A DNA stretch of 64,000 nt from Anthoceros angustus. Lineage: Eukaryota > Plantae > Anthocerotophyta. The DNA lies in assembly GCA_010909165.1 (NCBI GenBank), contig VJWM01000173.1, forward strand, positions 62,001-126,000, in the 5' to 3' direction. The notes below the pieces were generated by a model. That model worked only from the letters and a program-made list of their open reading frames with translations. It was not told where the DNA came from and did not search any database. The position numbers were made by a program, and so were the translations under genes. Positions 49,707 through 60,908 of the stretch are shown here, in pieces (positions within the stretch are counted from its first letter, which is position 1; every line of letters starts with the position of its first letter).

Positions 49707-50487
49707 TGTACAAGACAATCCTGGGTCGCTTGTAGGAAGAAGTCCTGCTCCCATGGAAATGATAGGCCCGCTTACCGCTGCTTGTGTGATTCTTACCGCC
49801 CCTTAGCCTGCTCTACCCTCAAAGACACACACATACTCCTAACTACTCACAACGCACTGACATGTGCCCGTATGGCCAAACGCTTTAGGACCTGCTCAGC
49901 GTCCGATCGCTCACATACATCCTTCACGATCCGCCTCCTTTCCTCTCCTCTCACGCTTACACCTTCGCCTTAGAAAAGACGCTGGGTTACGCAGACCTCC
50001 TCCGCTGCTCACGCCTCCGTCCGGCTCTACACACCTCCCGAGTTCCTCCGCTCACGCTGCCCAAATTGCTTGCCTGACCGCTGCCCGGACGAGCACCGCC
50101 ACCCTTCCCCGCACACACCACAACGCTGCTAAGTCCGCCACCGTGACCTTGATCAATCTCCCGAGCCGTGCTCGCCTGACTCAGACTCACGTAGCAAGAA
50201 GACTCACAAAGGTCCAAAGAACGCATCAACACCAAGAGAAAGATGCTTTACTAGAGCATTTCACCTCTTATATCGCGCCAAGGTGGCGCTTTATTACACC
50301 CCTATTCTCGAAATGAGCAGCCATATACCCTAATCGGCACCATCATATCCCCTATCTCCTTCGCCGACTGGCTGGAAGGTCCTGGCCCCGCCGAATGGGT
50401 GGTCCAACTCGTCCCGACACAGGCACCCAATCGGATGATCCGTGAGGCGGGCCCCTCTCCCGAATCTCTGTTAGCATCGGCTCGACA
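49707..50487 (-). repeat. 3' LTR (inner boundary approximate)
   Basis: Colinear with 60139-60908; TG...CA termini on the minus strand; TATA-like TATAAGAG at ~50265-50272. Confidence 0.75.
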
Positions 50488-50699
50488 ACCGCTACTACAC
50501 GACGCCATCCTCGGCCTCCTCGGGGTCCTTCACGGTGGGGCCACCACCATCGGCTCCTAGCGTAAGTCGGGGCTCCTCACTCCCACCGGGAGGTCTGCTC
50601 TCGACTCAACTCGAGTCCGGCATTTTCGGTCCTACTAGGTCCGACCTCCTGGGGTCCGGACCTCGGTCCGGACTACGGGTCCCACTTGGTCCGGACTGA

Positions 50700-53390
50700 C
50701 ACGAGGTCCGGACTTGGTCCGGCCTCCTGGGTCCGGACAAAGTCCGACTCACGCCCACCCGGTTTCCTCCTCACGGACCTCCGTGGCTCTCCTCAAGTCC
50801 TCCCACTGCTCCCGATCGCCGACCTTCGCTGGCCCCTCCTTCCATGGTGAGGTGGGTGCGCCTCGTGATCCGCCGCCTCCCTCGCTCCGCCTCCGCTGCT
50901 CCTCTCCGCCTCCCCTCCGTCATCTCCAAACAGGCCACTAGGGTCCCTGTGCCCCTGTGGCCTTCATCTCCTTCGAGCCTTCCTGTGGGTCCGTCCGCGG
51001 CGCGAGAGGCTTCATCGCTTCGGAGCTCTGTGGTAATAGGCAAAGTCCGAATCGACTTGTTGAATTGCCTCTTCCACGTGTGCCCGAGCACCCGATACTC
51101 CTCCGCCATAAGTGTTCCGGAGCGGGCGTGCCGCTTGTTGGGCCACCTCCGCCAGATTTGACACCGAGCCGGTCAGTATCACGCGAGGCTACAAGCCCTC
51201 ACCTGCACTGCTCCACCGCCCAGCCTCCGTCTGCTTCCTTCCATTGCCACCATTACCATAGCGCCAGCTCCCTTCTCTCACCGGGACCTTTTTCTGCCCA
51301 GTGCTCGCGCTCCTCCGTTCATTACGGCCTTAGCCCACCTCTCCAGCGGTCGATACCTCCGTCCGACCCCGGACTTCCTCCAGCCTCCTTCAGCCCGGCA
51401 ACGCCCAACTCCTTGGATAGTCGCCGATTTTCCTCCGCCTCTGACGGAGCCGAGGCACTCTTTTTGCTCAAGGTCGTGGATTCTCTCGCTTGAGAATCAC
51501 CGCCCCGACGCATCTTGGAGTTGTAGCCCAGCTGCTGCCCCTCCATCCGCCGCCTCCCTCTACCTCGCACTGCACTGGAGATCCTCTATCTCCCGAGTGC
51601 CGGCCCTTGCTCGCCTCCATAGCCGTGGCGGCCTCGAGTTAGCCTCTACCGACTCTCTCCACCGGCCCGATCACGTCAGAGTGATCCTGGCGCCACCGCG
51701 GCTCACTCTTCGCCGCTTTACCGGCCTCGCCCACTTGGCGCCGCTAGCCGGCCGCCTCCAGTCCCGAGCTCTGCTTGTGCCCGGCCTCTTCCGCCTCCCC
51801 GCTGCCTCTTCGCCGCAAGGTCCTCCGCCTTGGCCTCGAGCTTGTTTCACTGCTCGACACAAGAACCTTGGTCTGGCCCGAACGCCGGCCGGCCCCGCCA
51901 CCCGGCGTTCCCTTCCTCGATCCGAGCGAGGGACTCCGCCTTTCCTTTGCCCCCGGCCTTCACTTGCTCTTGAGTTCCACCATCCTCCTCCGGGTGGCCT
52001 CCACTTCGGGTCTTCTCCACTGCACACAGAGACCCCAAAGCATTCCGTCCATGACGGTAGCAGACTCGCCGTGTTTCTTCCACGGCCGCCGTGAGGCCCC
52101 ACAAAGTCCGTGAGTGGAGCCGGCATTTCTCGGTCCGCCAAGGACCTCCATACCGCAGGAGTAAGTCCGACTGGGTTCTCGGACCTAATCAGACCCTCGG
52201 GTCCCGAGTGGTGAGGTCCGAGTCTCACCCTCTTGGCCCTCTTGGCCTCTAACTCCTTTGTGCCCTCTTTCTCCTGGGGCTCGGAGGAGGTGAGGGGGTC
52301 AGCAAGCTCTTTTGCCCCGCCGGGACAGACCGGCTGGTGGGCTGCCGCTGACCTCCTTGGGCCACGTCCTTCTCGCCTCCCACCGCCTCTTACCTCTTGC
52401 CACTCGCAAGGTGGTGGGCACCGACCGAGGTTGGTAAGGCGGCACCGCCTTCCGCCTCGGCTCCCGCCGAGTTCGTGGGGCTCGGCGGCCGTCGTGGTGC
52501 TGTTTGGTGCCGAGCCGCCAACGCCTCCGATCGCCCCTCCCTCTGCCGAGGGGGGCACCAAAAGGAGGAAGGGGAATCGCCTCCCAAACTTCCTGGGTGG
52601 TGAGGGGTTCGCTCAGACGTATGGAGTCCGGAATCCTCCCCGTCTCCTCCGAGTCCGCTTGGTCTAAGGACGACCCCACCTCGGCGCCCTTGCACTCTAC
52701 CGGCGGCCTCCGCCCCTTCCGAGCGCCTTCAAGCTCTCCCTCCTTCAGAGCTCGAAATGTCCCCATACATGAATCGTATGGGGTCACCATGGCGAGGCTT
52801 CGCTCCTTAGCTTGCGGGCCTCCTGACTGAACCGGGCGAAGATAATCCTTCCCCAGTCCGCTCTCTTCCCCCGCTGGAGCGCATGCAGGAATACCAACAG
52901 GTTATCACCAAGGTGATCCACCTTGGTGAGCAGGTTCCAATGGACAATGATCCGGGCTACCGCCCTTACTCGACTGTCCAGCAGATCGGATATCAACCAT
53001 CCGTTGGTTGTCCGCTGCGTTCCAGGCCTCAGCATCGCCGCTGTGGCTGGCCCTATCTTCCCCTTCGCCTTAAGGGGCTCTGGCACCACGCCCCCTTCTT
53101 CCTCCTTCGGGCGGTTGTAGGCCATCCTCAGGACCTCCAAGGTCCATCGCCTCGGGTCCTCCCGGAGGTTCTTGGATCGGACCTCCTTGTTGATCGCCCG
53201 ATCTTCGGGCAAACTCCGGACTAGAGTGACGTTGTCAAAGGTCCGCACCATTTGGAACACGTCCAGATGCCACTCCCGACCAATTCCCCGCTTCCTCCCC
53301 AGGCCAAGTCCGGATAGCCGGGTCACAATGTTGCGCTCCACGAGGTCCATGGCTCCTGACTTCGGGCTTTTGGGTGCCATTGCTTCTCCT
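50700..53390 (-). pseudogene. Accessory ORF downstream of pol (sense orientation), frameshifted
   Basis: MAPKSPKS...EWHLDVFQMVRTFDNV...LREDPRRW...DWGRIIFARFSQEARKLR, homologous to 21030-24271. Confidence 0.75.
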
Positions 53391-54489
53391 CCTCTGTTGT
53401 CAGGGCCGAGTCCGGCACGATGTTCCTCCTTCGCTGCTCCAACCTTGACGTGCGCCACGCTCTGTCGCGGCGCCCAAAAGATAGCGAGAGCCGGATTGGA
53501 GCGCAAGGGACTGAGGATTGTCGAGGTCAGCAATAAATGACCTCCCTCGGCCGCGCTTGTGGAAGTAACTGCTGGAAGGCGCCTGTCCAGAATTGTGTCC
53601 GTGCATGGCTTACTCGACCCCACGCTCCGCTTACTGCCTTACGCCGGCGCCGCGGGCGTGAATACTGCATAACGGCCTGGCAAGGTTACGGCCCCGCCTA
53701 CCGCATGCCCGACCTCCACTGTGGCCCACGTGGCGCCTGTCATCCTCACGCCCGCCTCCTAGGTTACTTTCGGGCGATTATCCTATTTTGACTGGAGTGG
53801 GTTCCGGACTTATCCGTTACTCGTAGTCCGAGCTTGCCATAGTGGTACCGGGGTCCGTTGTTCACTCCAGTCCGAGTATACTCCGAGCCTCGTCCGGCGC
53901 TACCCCAATTTATTCCTCCTTTTCCGCCTTATTTATCCTTCAATCCTAAAAAAGAAACCCTACTTATTTCTAACTCCCGAAGTGCATAGCCCACATACTC
54001 CCTTCTCATCTGTGGCGCCTCCGCCAACACTAAGCATGATACTTCTTCACCCGCCACCCTTGAGGCACTCTCCATCTAGTCGCCGTGCCGGACGGACCGT
54101 TGTCATATACTTGCACCACTTGGTACGGACCCATCCATCTCGGTGAAGTTTGGAAAATGCATGTACGACTATCATAAAGGAGGGCCAGTCCCTTCCTTTA
54201 CATACTCCCGATTGTCGATCGCGTGCCAAATCTTCACTGGTTTTGCACCAATTGCATCTTCACCGAGCTTCTTCCCCCTCCTGGCCGACAAACCCCAAGA
54301 GTCGCTCGAGCTGGCTTTCCTCTCGGCCTCCTTCCATCATTACTCGAAAAGTGGGCACTTCAAACCCACCGGCATTACGGAGAGTGTCCGTAGGTCAAGT
54401 AAGCAGGTCCGTGTGGTCACCTTCTGCTGTCCGAACGCCCACATGGATGGCGCCTTGGTATCCCGTCATGGGCGTAGTTCATCGTGAGT

Positions 54490-57400
54490 TTATTCAGATC
54501 CTGCAGATGAGCCCATTTGTCTTCTCCGCCCCATTGGCCTTAGGATTGTAGGGTGCCGTCTTGCGATGATTGATGCCGACTCCGTCATGGCGGCCACCAC
54601 ATCATTAAGGAAATGGGTTCCCCTATCACTTACCAACTGCGGACATCCGTCCGGGTTATGATGTTCTCGTGACAGAATTTGGCCGATTTTGGAGTCCGTT
54701 CTTGTCGCCACCGCCTACCCACCGGTGCGTGAGTTGCCACCAGGATGTATCTCCTTTGTGTGTGTCTTGTCGTAGGCTGTATAGGTCCAACAAAGTCAAT
54801 ACCCCACTTTTCGAAAGGTGCCAGTGCCAATATCGGTACTAGCGGCCACTGTGTCGTCGGGGTTGGCTTTCCGATCCGCTGACAAGCATCACACTTCTTC
54901 ACAAACTGGTGGGTGTCCCCATACATTGTTGGCCACCAGTATCCCGCTTCCAAAATCTTTTTGGTGGTGACCTGTGCTGCGTAGTGTCCTCCCCCCAATC
55001 CTTCGTGCATTCCCTTGACGACCGCTCCTGTCTCTGCCGGTTGTAAGTACCTTCGTTCTACTCCGTCCGGCCCTAATTTGAACACACACCCGTTGTACAT
55101 TCTGAAGGGTCGAGCATAGTGCACGAATGCCTCCCTCCGCCCAAGTCGAGGAAGCTCCATTCCCGAGGTACCGCCTATTTCGTAGGTCGGACGCGGACCC
55201 TCCCTTCTCCGCTCGCTAAGGCTGCCGCCTCGTAGCTTGGGGTTCGGTCGGCCGGGCTCCTCGGTTGTACTTTTCTGCGGCAACCAATGTCTCATCCGGA
55301 ACGCATCTTCACGATCTCTCAACACCGCCTGTTTTCAATCGTGACAGGAAATCTGCATTTTGGTGCTGCCTCCCTTGTCTTGTTTCCACTTCGAACGTGA
55401 ACTCCGCAGCAACAATATCCACCTTGCTATCCGTCCGGACAGTCCGTCTTATTCACCGGACAAGAAAGTGGTCTACATAGAACACAAACTCACCGGGTAG
55501 TAGGTAGTGTCGAATTTCTTGACAAAGATATACCATACCCAACGGCCTCAGTAGTTGTGTATTGCGCGTGAGTGAGCCGCCCAGTAGTATACGGGATAAT
55601 CCCGCCGCTTGTCGTCCTTCTGGCTCAGCACTACTCCGATAGCAAAAGCGGACACATCTACATACACATGAAATTTCTGCTCCAGTCCGGTCCTCTTAGA
55701 ACCGGTGCGCTTACCAAGGTGTTCTGTAAATCCCGAAAGGCCTCCTCTCGCTCCTGTGACCAGGTCCAAACCTCCTCCTTCCGCAGTAGTTCTGTCAACT
55801 TAGCCGCCCTCTTCGCAAAGTCCTTAATAAACCGGCGGTAGTATCCCACCATTCCTGTGAAACCTCTCGGCTCCTTTAGGTTCGTGGCCGGAGAGATCGG
55901 ATGACCGGACCTTGTCCCGTCCACCTCCCCTCCGACACCCGATGTCCCAGAAGATTCCCTCCGTCATTCCAAAGTAGCATTTCTCGGGTGTAGGCTCAAT
56001 TGAGTCTCCGCGCTCAAGCACCTTCTTAGATGCCCAAGGTGTTTGTCCCGCTCCCCATGCACACAAAAATCATCCAGAATATCTCCATGAAGTCCCTCAG
56101 TCACAAGACGTTGGTCACCATACGCATGAACGACCGGGCGCTCGGTCATCCCAAAGGCACTTCTCTTGTAGGCAAACGCATTCCCCACTCGTAGTGAAGG
56201 TCGTCTTGTCCCACCGACTTTAGGTGCAATTGGTTATATCCGGAGTAGCCATCCGGGAAGGAGTAAGTAGTCCGTCCCCACCTTGTCCAAAATGTCGTCA
56301 CGAATGGCATCGGAAGTGGTCCTTCTCGCTGAGCTTCCTCCAATCTTGGCATACCCGAATTTGTCCTGGTTGTTTCTTGGGAACCACCACACCGCGACCC
56401 AGCTGTTGACGATGGGGAAAATGATGTCCGCCTACTTATCAAGGACCTCCTTCACCTTGATCGAATACTTGGGGTTGAGCTTGTATTGTCGGATTGACCG
56501 GCACCGCTCGGCTTCAAATCGATCTTATGCTCTCCCACTTCTTGAATGCCCTTCATGTCCGTGACCTTGAAGGCGAACACCTAAAACTCCCCAGTGCTTT
56601 AGTCCTTCCTTCAGTCCGGAGGCATGCCTTTCTTAAACTTGAATTTGCCCGGCCGGACCTCCACTTCTTCCACGTCGTCCGGGTTCACTGCCTCCCCGTT
56701 CTCGTCCTCACCCAAACCCCTCGTCCTCCTCGGGATCGTCCTCTCGCATCCCCATTCTCTCAAGAGCTCGGAGGTGAATCGTGTTACTCCTTCGATGTCC
56801 GCTTTTCCTTGGTCCGACTTGCCTCCCCTTGCCGGGTCCGACCTCCTCTTCACTTCCTTCCTCCGGCCCGTGGCGGCGAAAAACAATCAACCACTTCCGC
56901 ACCAAAGGCATCCACGTGAGTCCATCTCCTCCTCGGACCGGCGGATCTTGGCGAAAGGGTACGCCTCCTCGGAACTATCTTGTTCGCCGCGTGGAGTCCT
57001 CCGAGGTATACCCTTCGGTAGTGCTCAGTTTCCCACAATAGGTGTCCTTGCTCCGTGTGATAGCAACCCTCCCTTCTCGCACCTTAGGGTCCCACCACCC
57101 ACGGCTTGAAGTGAATCTCCTTCCTTCCAAAGTGTGCTGGCCAACCCCACCATGGCCGCCCAAAGAACACCTCATAAAACTCCCCAGGTACAGTCCTTCC
57201 TTGGTCCGGAGGCATGCCTTTCTTAAACTTGAGAATTTGCGGACCTCCACTTCTTCCACGTCGTCCGGGTTCACCGTCTCCCGTTCTCGCCTCGGCGTCA
57301 AACCCCTCGTCCTCCTCTCGGGATCGTCCTCTCGCATCCCCATTCTGAAGAGCTCGTCGGAGGTGAATCGTGTTACTCCTTCGCTTTTCCTTGGTCCGAC

Positions 57401-58100
57401 TCTTGTCTCCCCTTGTCTTTGGTCCGACCTCCTCTTCTTCCTTCCTCCGGCCCGTTGTGGCGTTTACTCGAAAACAATCAACCACTTCGCACCAAAGGCA
57501 TCCGCGGTAGTCCATCTCCTCCTCGGACCCGGATCTTGGCGAAAGTCGCCTCCTCGGAACTATCTTGTTCGTCGCCGTGGAGTCCTCCGAGGTATACCCC
57601 GGTAGTGCTCACAGTTTCCCCACAATAGGTGTCCTTGCTCCAGGTGATAGCAACCCTCCCTTCTCGCACCTTAGGGTCCCAGTCCACCGGCTTGAAGTGA
57701 ATCTCCTTCCTTCCAAAGTGTAGCTTCGTCTGGGCCAACCCCAGCCATGGCCGCCCCAGCAACACCTCATACCCTAATGGTCCGGCCGGTTTGATCACAA
57801 CAAAATCCAGTTTGTAGGGTGCACCGGCTATGGTGGCCAAGACTCCGGTTAACTCCCCCGCCGGATCTCTTCTTGACATGTCTGCCATTCTCAGAGTCTT
57901 CGTTGAGGGTTCGAAGGATGTGAAGCCCAATTTTCGTGTGGCTTGTGATGAGGTTGACTCGGACCCGTGTCCAACGGTACATCCTTGATGATACATCCAA
58001 TCTCCACTTGTACCATCGGGCGCCCGGGTCCGTATGGGACACCACCCTCACTTCCACTGCTACCCTTCCCGGCTTTGGTGCTCCCGAGGCTGGGTTTCCT
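54490..58100 (-). pseudogene. pol (protease, RT, RNase H, integrase) with an internal ~0.59-kb tandem duplication at ~56570-57720
   Basis: Motifs as listed for the element; CCACTTCTTCCACGTCGTCCGGG at ~56660 and ~57247. Confidence 0.88.
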
Positions 58101-58199
58101 AACGGCCCGGACCTCTTGCCGGTATTTCGGGTTATCCTCGTGCCGAAAGGACACAGGTGCCGATTCATCATCGGTCCGCCACATTAAAGGGGAGAGGCT

Positions 58200-59870
58200 T
58201 CTACCCCAATCGAGGATCCTGCTGCGTCCTCATCCTCTCCCGGTCACTTGTGTTCGGTATTCTCCGGATGCTTGCGCATTTCCTCCGCAACATCTCGGTC
58301 ACCTCCGGACTACGTCCGGTGGAAATCGTGGCGCGGAGGCACCGCCTTCTCCCCCGTCTGCAGGAACTTCCTTGGTAATCCCTCAGCCGCTGCCCCAGCC
58401 TCCTTCATCGGTGGATCCTCCCGGTATTTCCGTTGATTGCCTTCCTCGTCCGTGACGCTTCCTCGATCTTGTTCTTCTTCAATGGCGCCTTTCTCGTCGC
58501 TCCTTCCTTGCTACGAGTAGACACCTCAAGATTTCCGCCCGACTCCCTTCCTTCGACACCCCACCTTCCTTCTTGTTCTTTCCATCTCGCGTACCTGGGA
58601 ATCTCTTCCCACTCCGCCAATCGAGCATCCGACTGCCGTCTTGGAGCCTTAGGAGGTGGCGGTGGTGGTTCTCCGGTGTGGCATATGCACCGTCCTGCGC
58701 GGGGTTGGGACATAGCGTCGCCGCCATATGCCCACCGCTTGCCGCCACACCGCTCAAGTCCCCATTACCTGGTACGGACACGCGTTGGAGTAATGGCGGA
58801 TTCCAGCCCAGCACCACCACTGCACGGAGGATACGAAGGGGCTCCCATGCGGTCGCATCGGGGCTCGTTGTATTGACGGACCTCCGGTGACGGATACATG
58901 GTTTTGGGATATCGCGGCCCGGAGGGGCTTCTGCTGATAGGCCTCTTCCCATTGCTCCTCACCTCCTCGTATTCGTAGTCCACTTGATGCACCGAGGCGC
59001 TTGATTCTGGCCGTGGCCGGCACACGGACACCGAGATGCTCGCACGTAGTCGGTGTTTTCCGCCTCTCGGTCCTTAACCTGGTTTATCGCCAGGTCCTCT
59101 ACTCTCTTTATCACTTTTTCCAGGTCCTCCCGCAGACCTGCTACCTCCTTTGAGGGAGTCGGGTCCGGCGGAGCTTCTCGGACCGGTGCTGGTGTCACCA
59201 CCTCCTTCTTACCCTGCTTCTTTTTAGCCGGGGCCTTCTTGCTCTTCTTCTTGCGGGATACTCTTCCTCGCTAGAGACCTCCGTCTCTTCTTGGACGAGC
59301 TCCTCCTCAAGACACCTCCGATTGGTCTTCCTCCTCCTCCTCAAGACTCTTCCTGAGTCCGAACCCGTTTCTTCTTCTTCTTCTTGCCTCCTTGGATTTC
59401 TTTATCCTCCGATGTAGCGATTCCTCGTAGTTTTGCCGCTCGACCGCCTTGCCCACGTCCTTCTCGGCCAGCGGACGCACGCCATGGGTTAGACCGCGCG
59501 AACCACCGCATCGGTATGGGTTGGATGCCGATCCTCGGGGCATAGAACCCGATGCACGAGCCCCTCCTTCTTCCTCGCTTGATTTTCCAACTTTGATAAT
59601 ACATACCCTCCCGGTCGATCCTCGAAACCGTTCTAAGAAGGCATTTTCAAAGCTTCAAACGAGGCGGGTGGGGCATTCTATGGTCGGTACTTTCTCCGAT
59701 ACCATTGAGCTGTCCCTCGGAGAACCCCTTGGAAAAGCTGGATGAGCGCTCGCCTCCCTCCGTTGAAGTTGGCTTTGGACACGAAGTCCTCCACAAAGGT
59801 CTCGCATCCGCTCCTTCTTCCCTCCGAATATGGAGTACGCTTGTTTGGTCGAGTAGGGGCCATGGCGCGC
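58200..59870 (-). pseudogene. gag region (fragmented)
   Basis: ETFVEDFVSKANF, Lys/Glu-rich segment, KEVAGLREDLEKVIKRVEDLAINQ, Cys/His remnants near 59000; lies between the PBS and protease. Confidence 0.6.
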
Positions 59871-60121
59871 CATCGGGTTAGGCGTGGCCGCCCTACCTTC
59901 TTCCGTTGGCGTCCTCCCGTACTCGTCTTGGTCCGACACCGACCACGTTCTCCTCCTCCGATCGACGGTCTCTCGTTGGGTTTGACGCCTCTCCCTCTCC
60001 ACGGCTCGGAGCACGCGAGGTGACCACGTCCGATCCTCCCGACGGTTCACTCGCTCGACCGCCACGCATTCACTTACCTTCTCTTCCTAAGGACGCACTG
60101 CGACCACGGACCGATTTCATT

Positions 60122-60135
60122 CCCGAACCGCGCCA
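60122..60135 (-). promoter_or_regulatory. Primer-binding site, most like tRNA-Asp
   Basis: TGGCGCGGTTCGGGA lies 3 nt after the LTR-terminal CA and resembles TGGCGCCGTTGCCGGGGA (complement of the plant tRNA-Asp 3' end). Confidence 0.6.
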
Positions 60136-60138
60136 AAA

Positions 60139-60908
60139 TGTGACTTTGCGATGGTAGCGCGCACAATCCGTGTCGTTGTAGGAAGAAGTCCGTTCCCAAG
60201 GGAATGATAGGCCGTTCGCGTTTGTGATTCTACCGCCCCTTAGCGCTCGTTCCTCAACACACACATACTCCTAACTACTCAACGTTCACGTCTGGCGGTA
60301 TGGCCAAACGCGTTTAGGGACCCGTCACGTCCGTTGCTCACATACATCCTCACGCATCCTCCTTTCCTCTCTCTCCTCACGCTACACTTCGCCTTAGAAA
60401 AGACGCACGCAGTCGGACCTCCTCCGTCGTTCGCGGCCTCCGTCCGGGCTCTACACACCCTCCGAGTTCCTCCACCACGCCCACCGTCGGTGTCGGACCG
60501 CGGCACGAGCACCATCACCATCACCCTTCCCCGCACACACCACAACGCGTTAAGTCCGTCACCGGGACCTTGATCAATCTCCCGAGTCACTGTCGTGACT
60601 GTGACTCACGTTAGCAAGAAGACTCACAAAGGTGCAAGAACGCATCAACACCAAGAGAAAGATGCTTTACTAGAGCACCTCCCTCTTATCTGCGCCCAAG
60701 GTGGCGTCTTTATTACACCCCTATTCGAAATGATAGCCAGGTATACCCTAATCGCCGCCTACCCTATCCCCTATCTCCTTCACTGGGAAGGTCTGGCCCC
60801 TCGGAATGGGTGGTCCAATCCCCGCCCCGACAGTGGTGCACCCAATCGGATGATCCGTGAGGCGGGCCCCTCCTCTCCCGGAATCCTGCCGTTGCTCGGC
60901 GGTCGACA
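60139..60908 (-). repeat. LTR shared between the full element and the tandem upstream copy
   Basis: Followed by a PBS on one side; on the other side the sequence is homologous to 50490-53160. Confidence 0.8.

Larger units (their letters stand above)
49707..60908 (-). mobile_element. Near full-length Ty3/gypsy LTR retrotransposon (Athila/Tat-like, ~11.2 kb): LTR-PBS-gag-PR-RT-RH-INT-accessory ORF-LTR; heavily frameshifted
   Basis: LTRs at ~49707-50487 and ~60139-60908. INT HEGLGGGHY...GYWWPTMYGD...CDACQR and PFEKWGIDFVGPI; RH FHVYVDVSAFAIGVVLSQ; RT DGYSGYNQ; PR PLDTG...VLLGRPWL. Domain order PR-RT-RH-INT. Confidence 0.92.

Noticed and set aside
44158-49973. Many 100-215 aa GC-rich ORFs flanking the MULE
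   Set aside because: Low-complexity sequence, overlapping in all frames, no motifs
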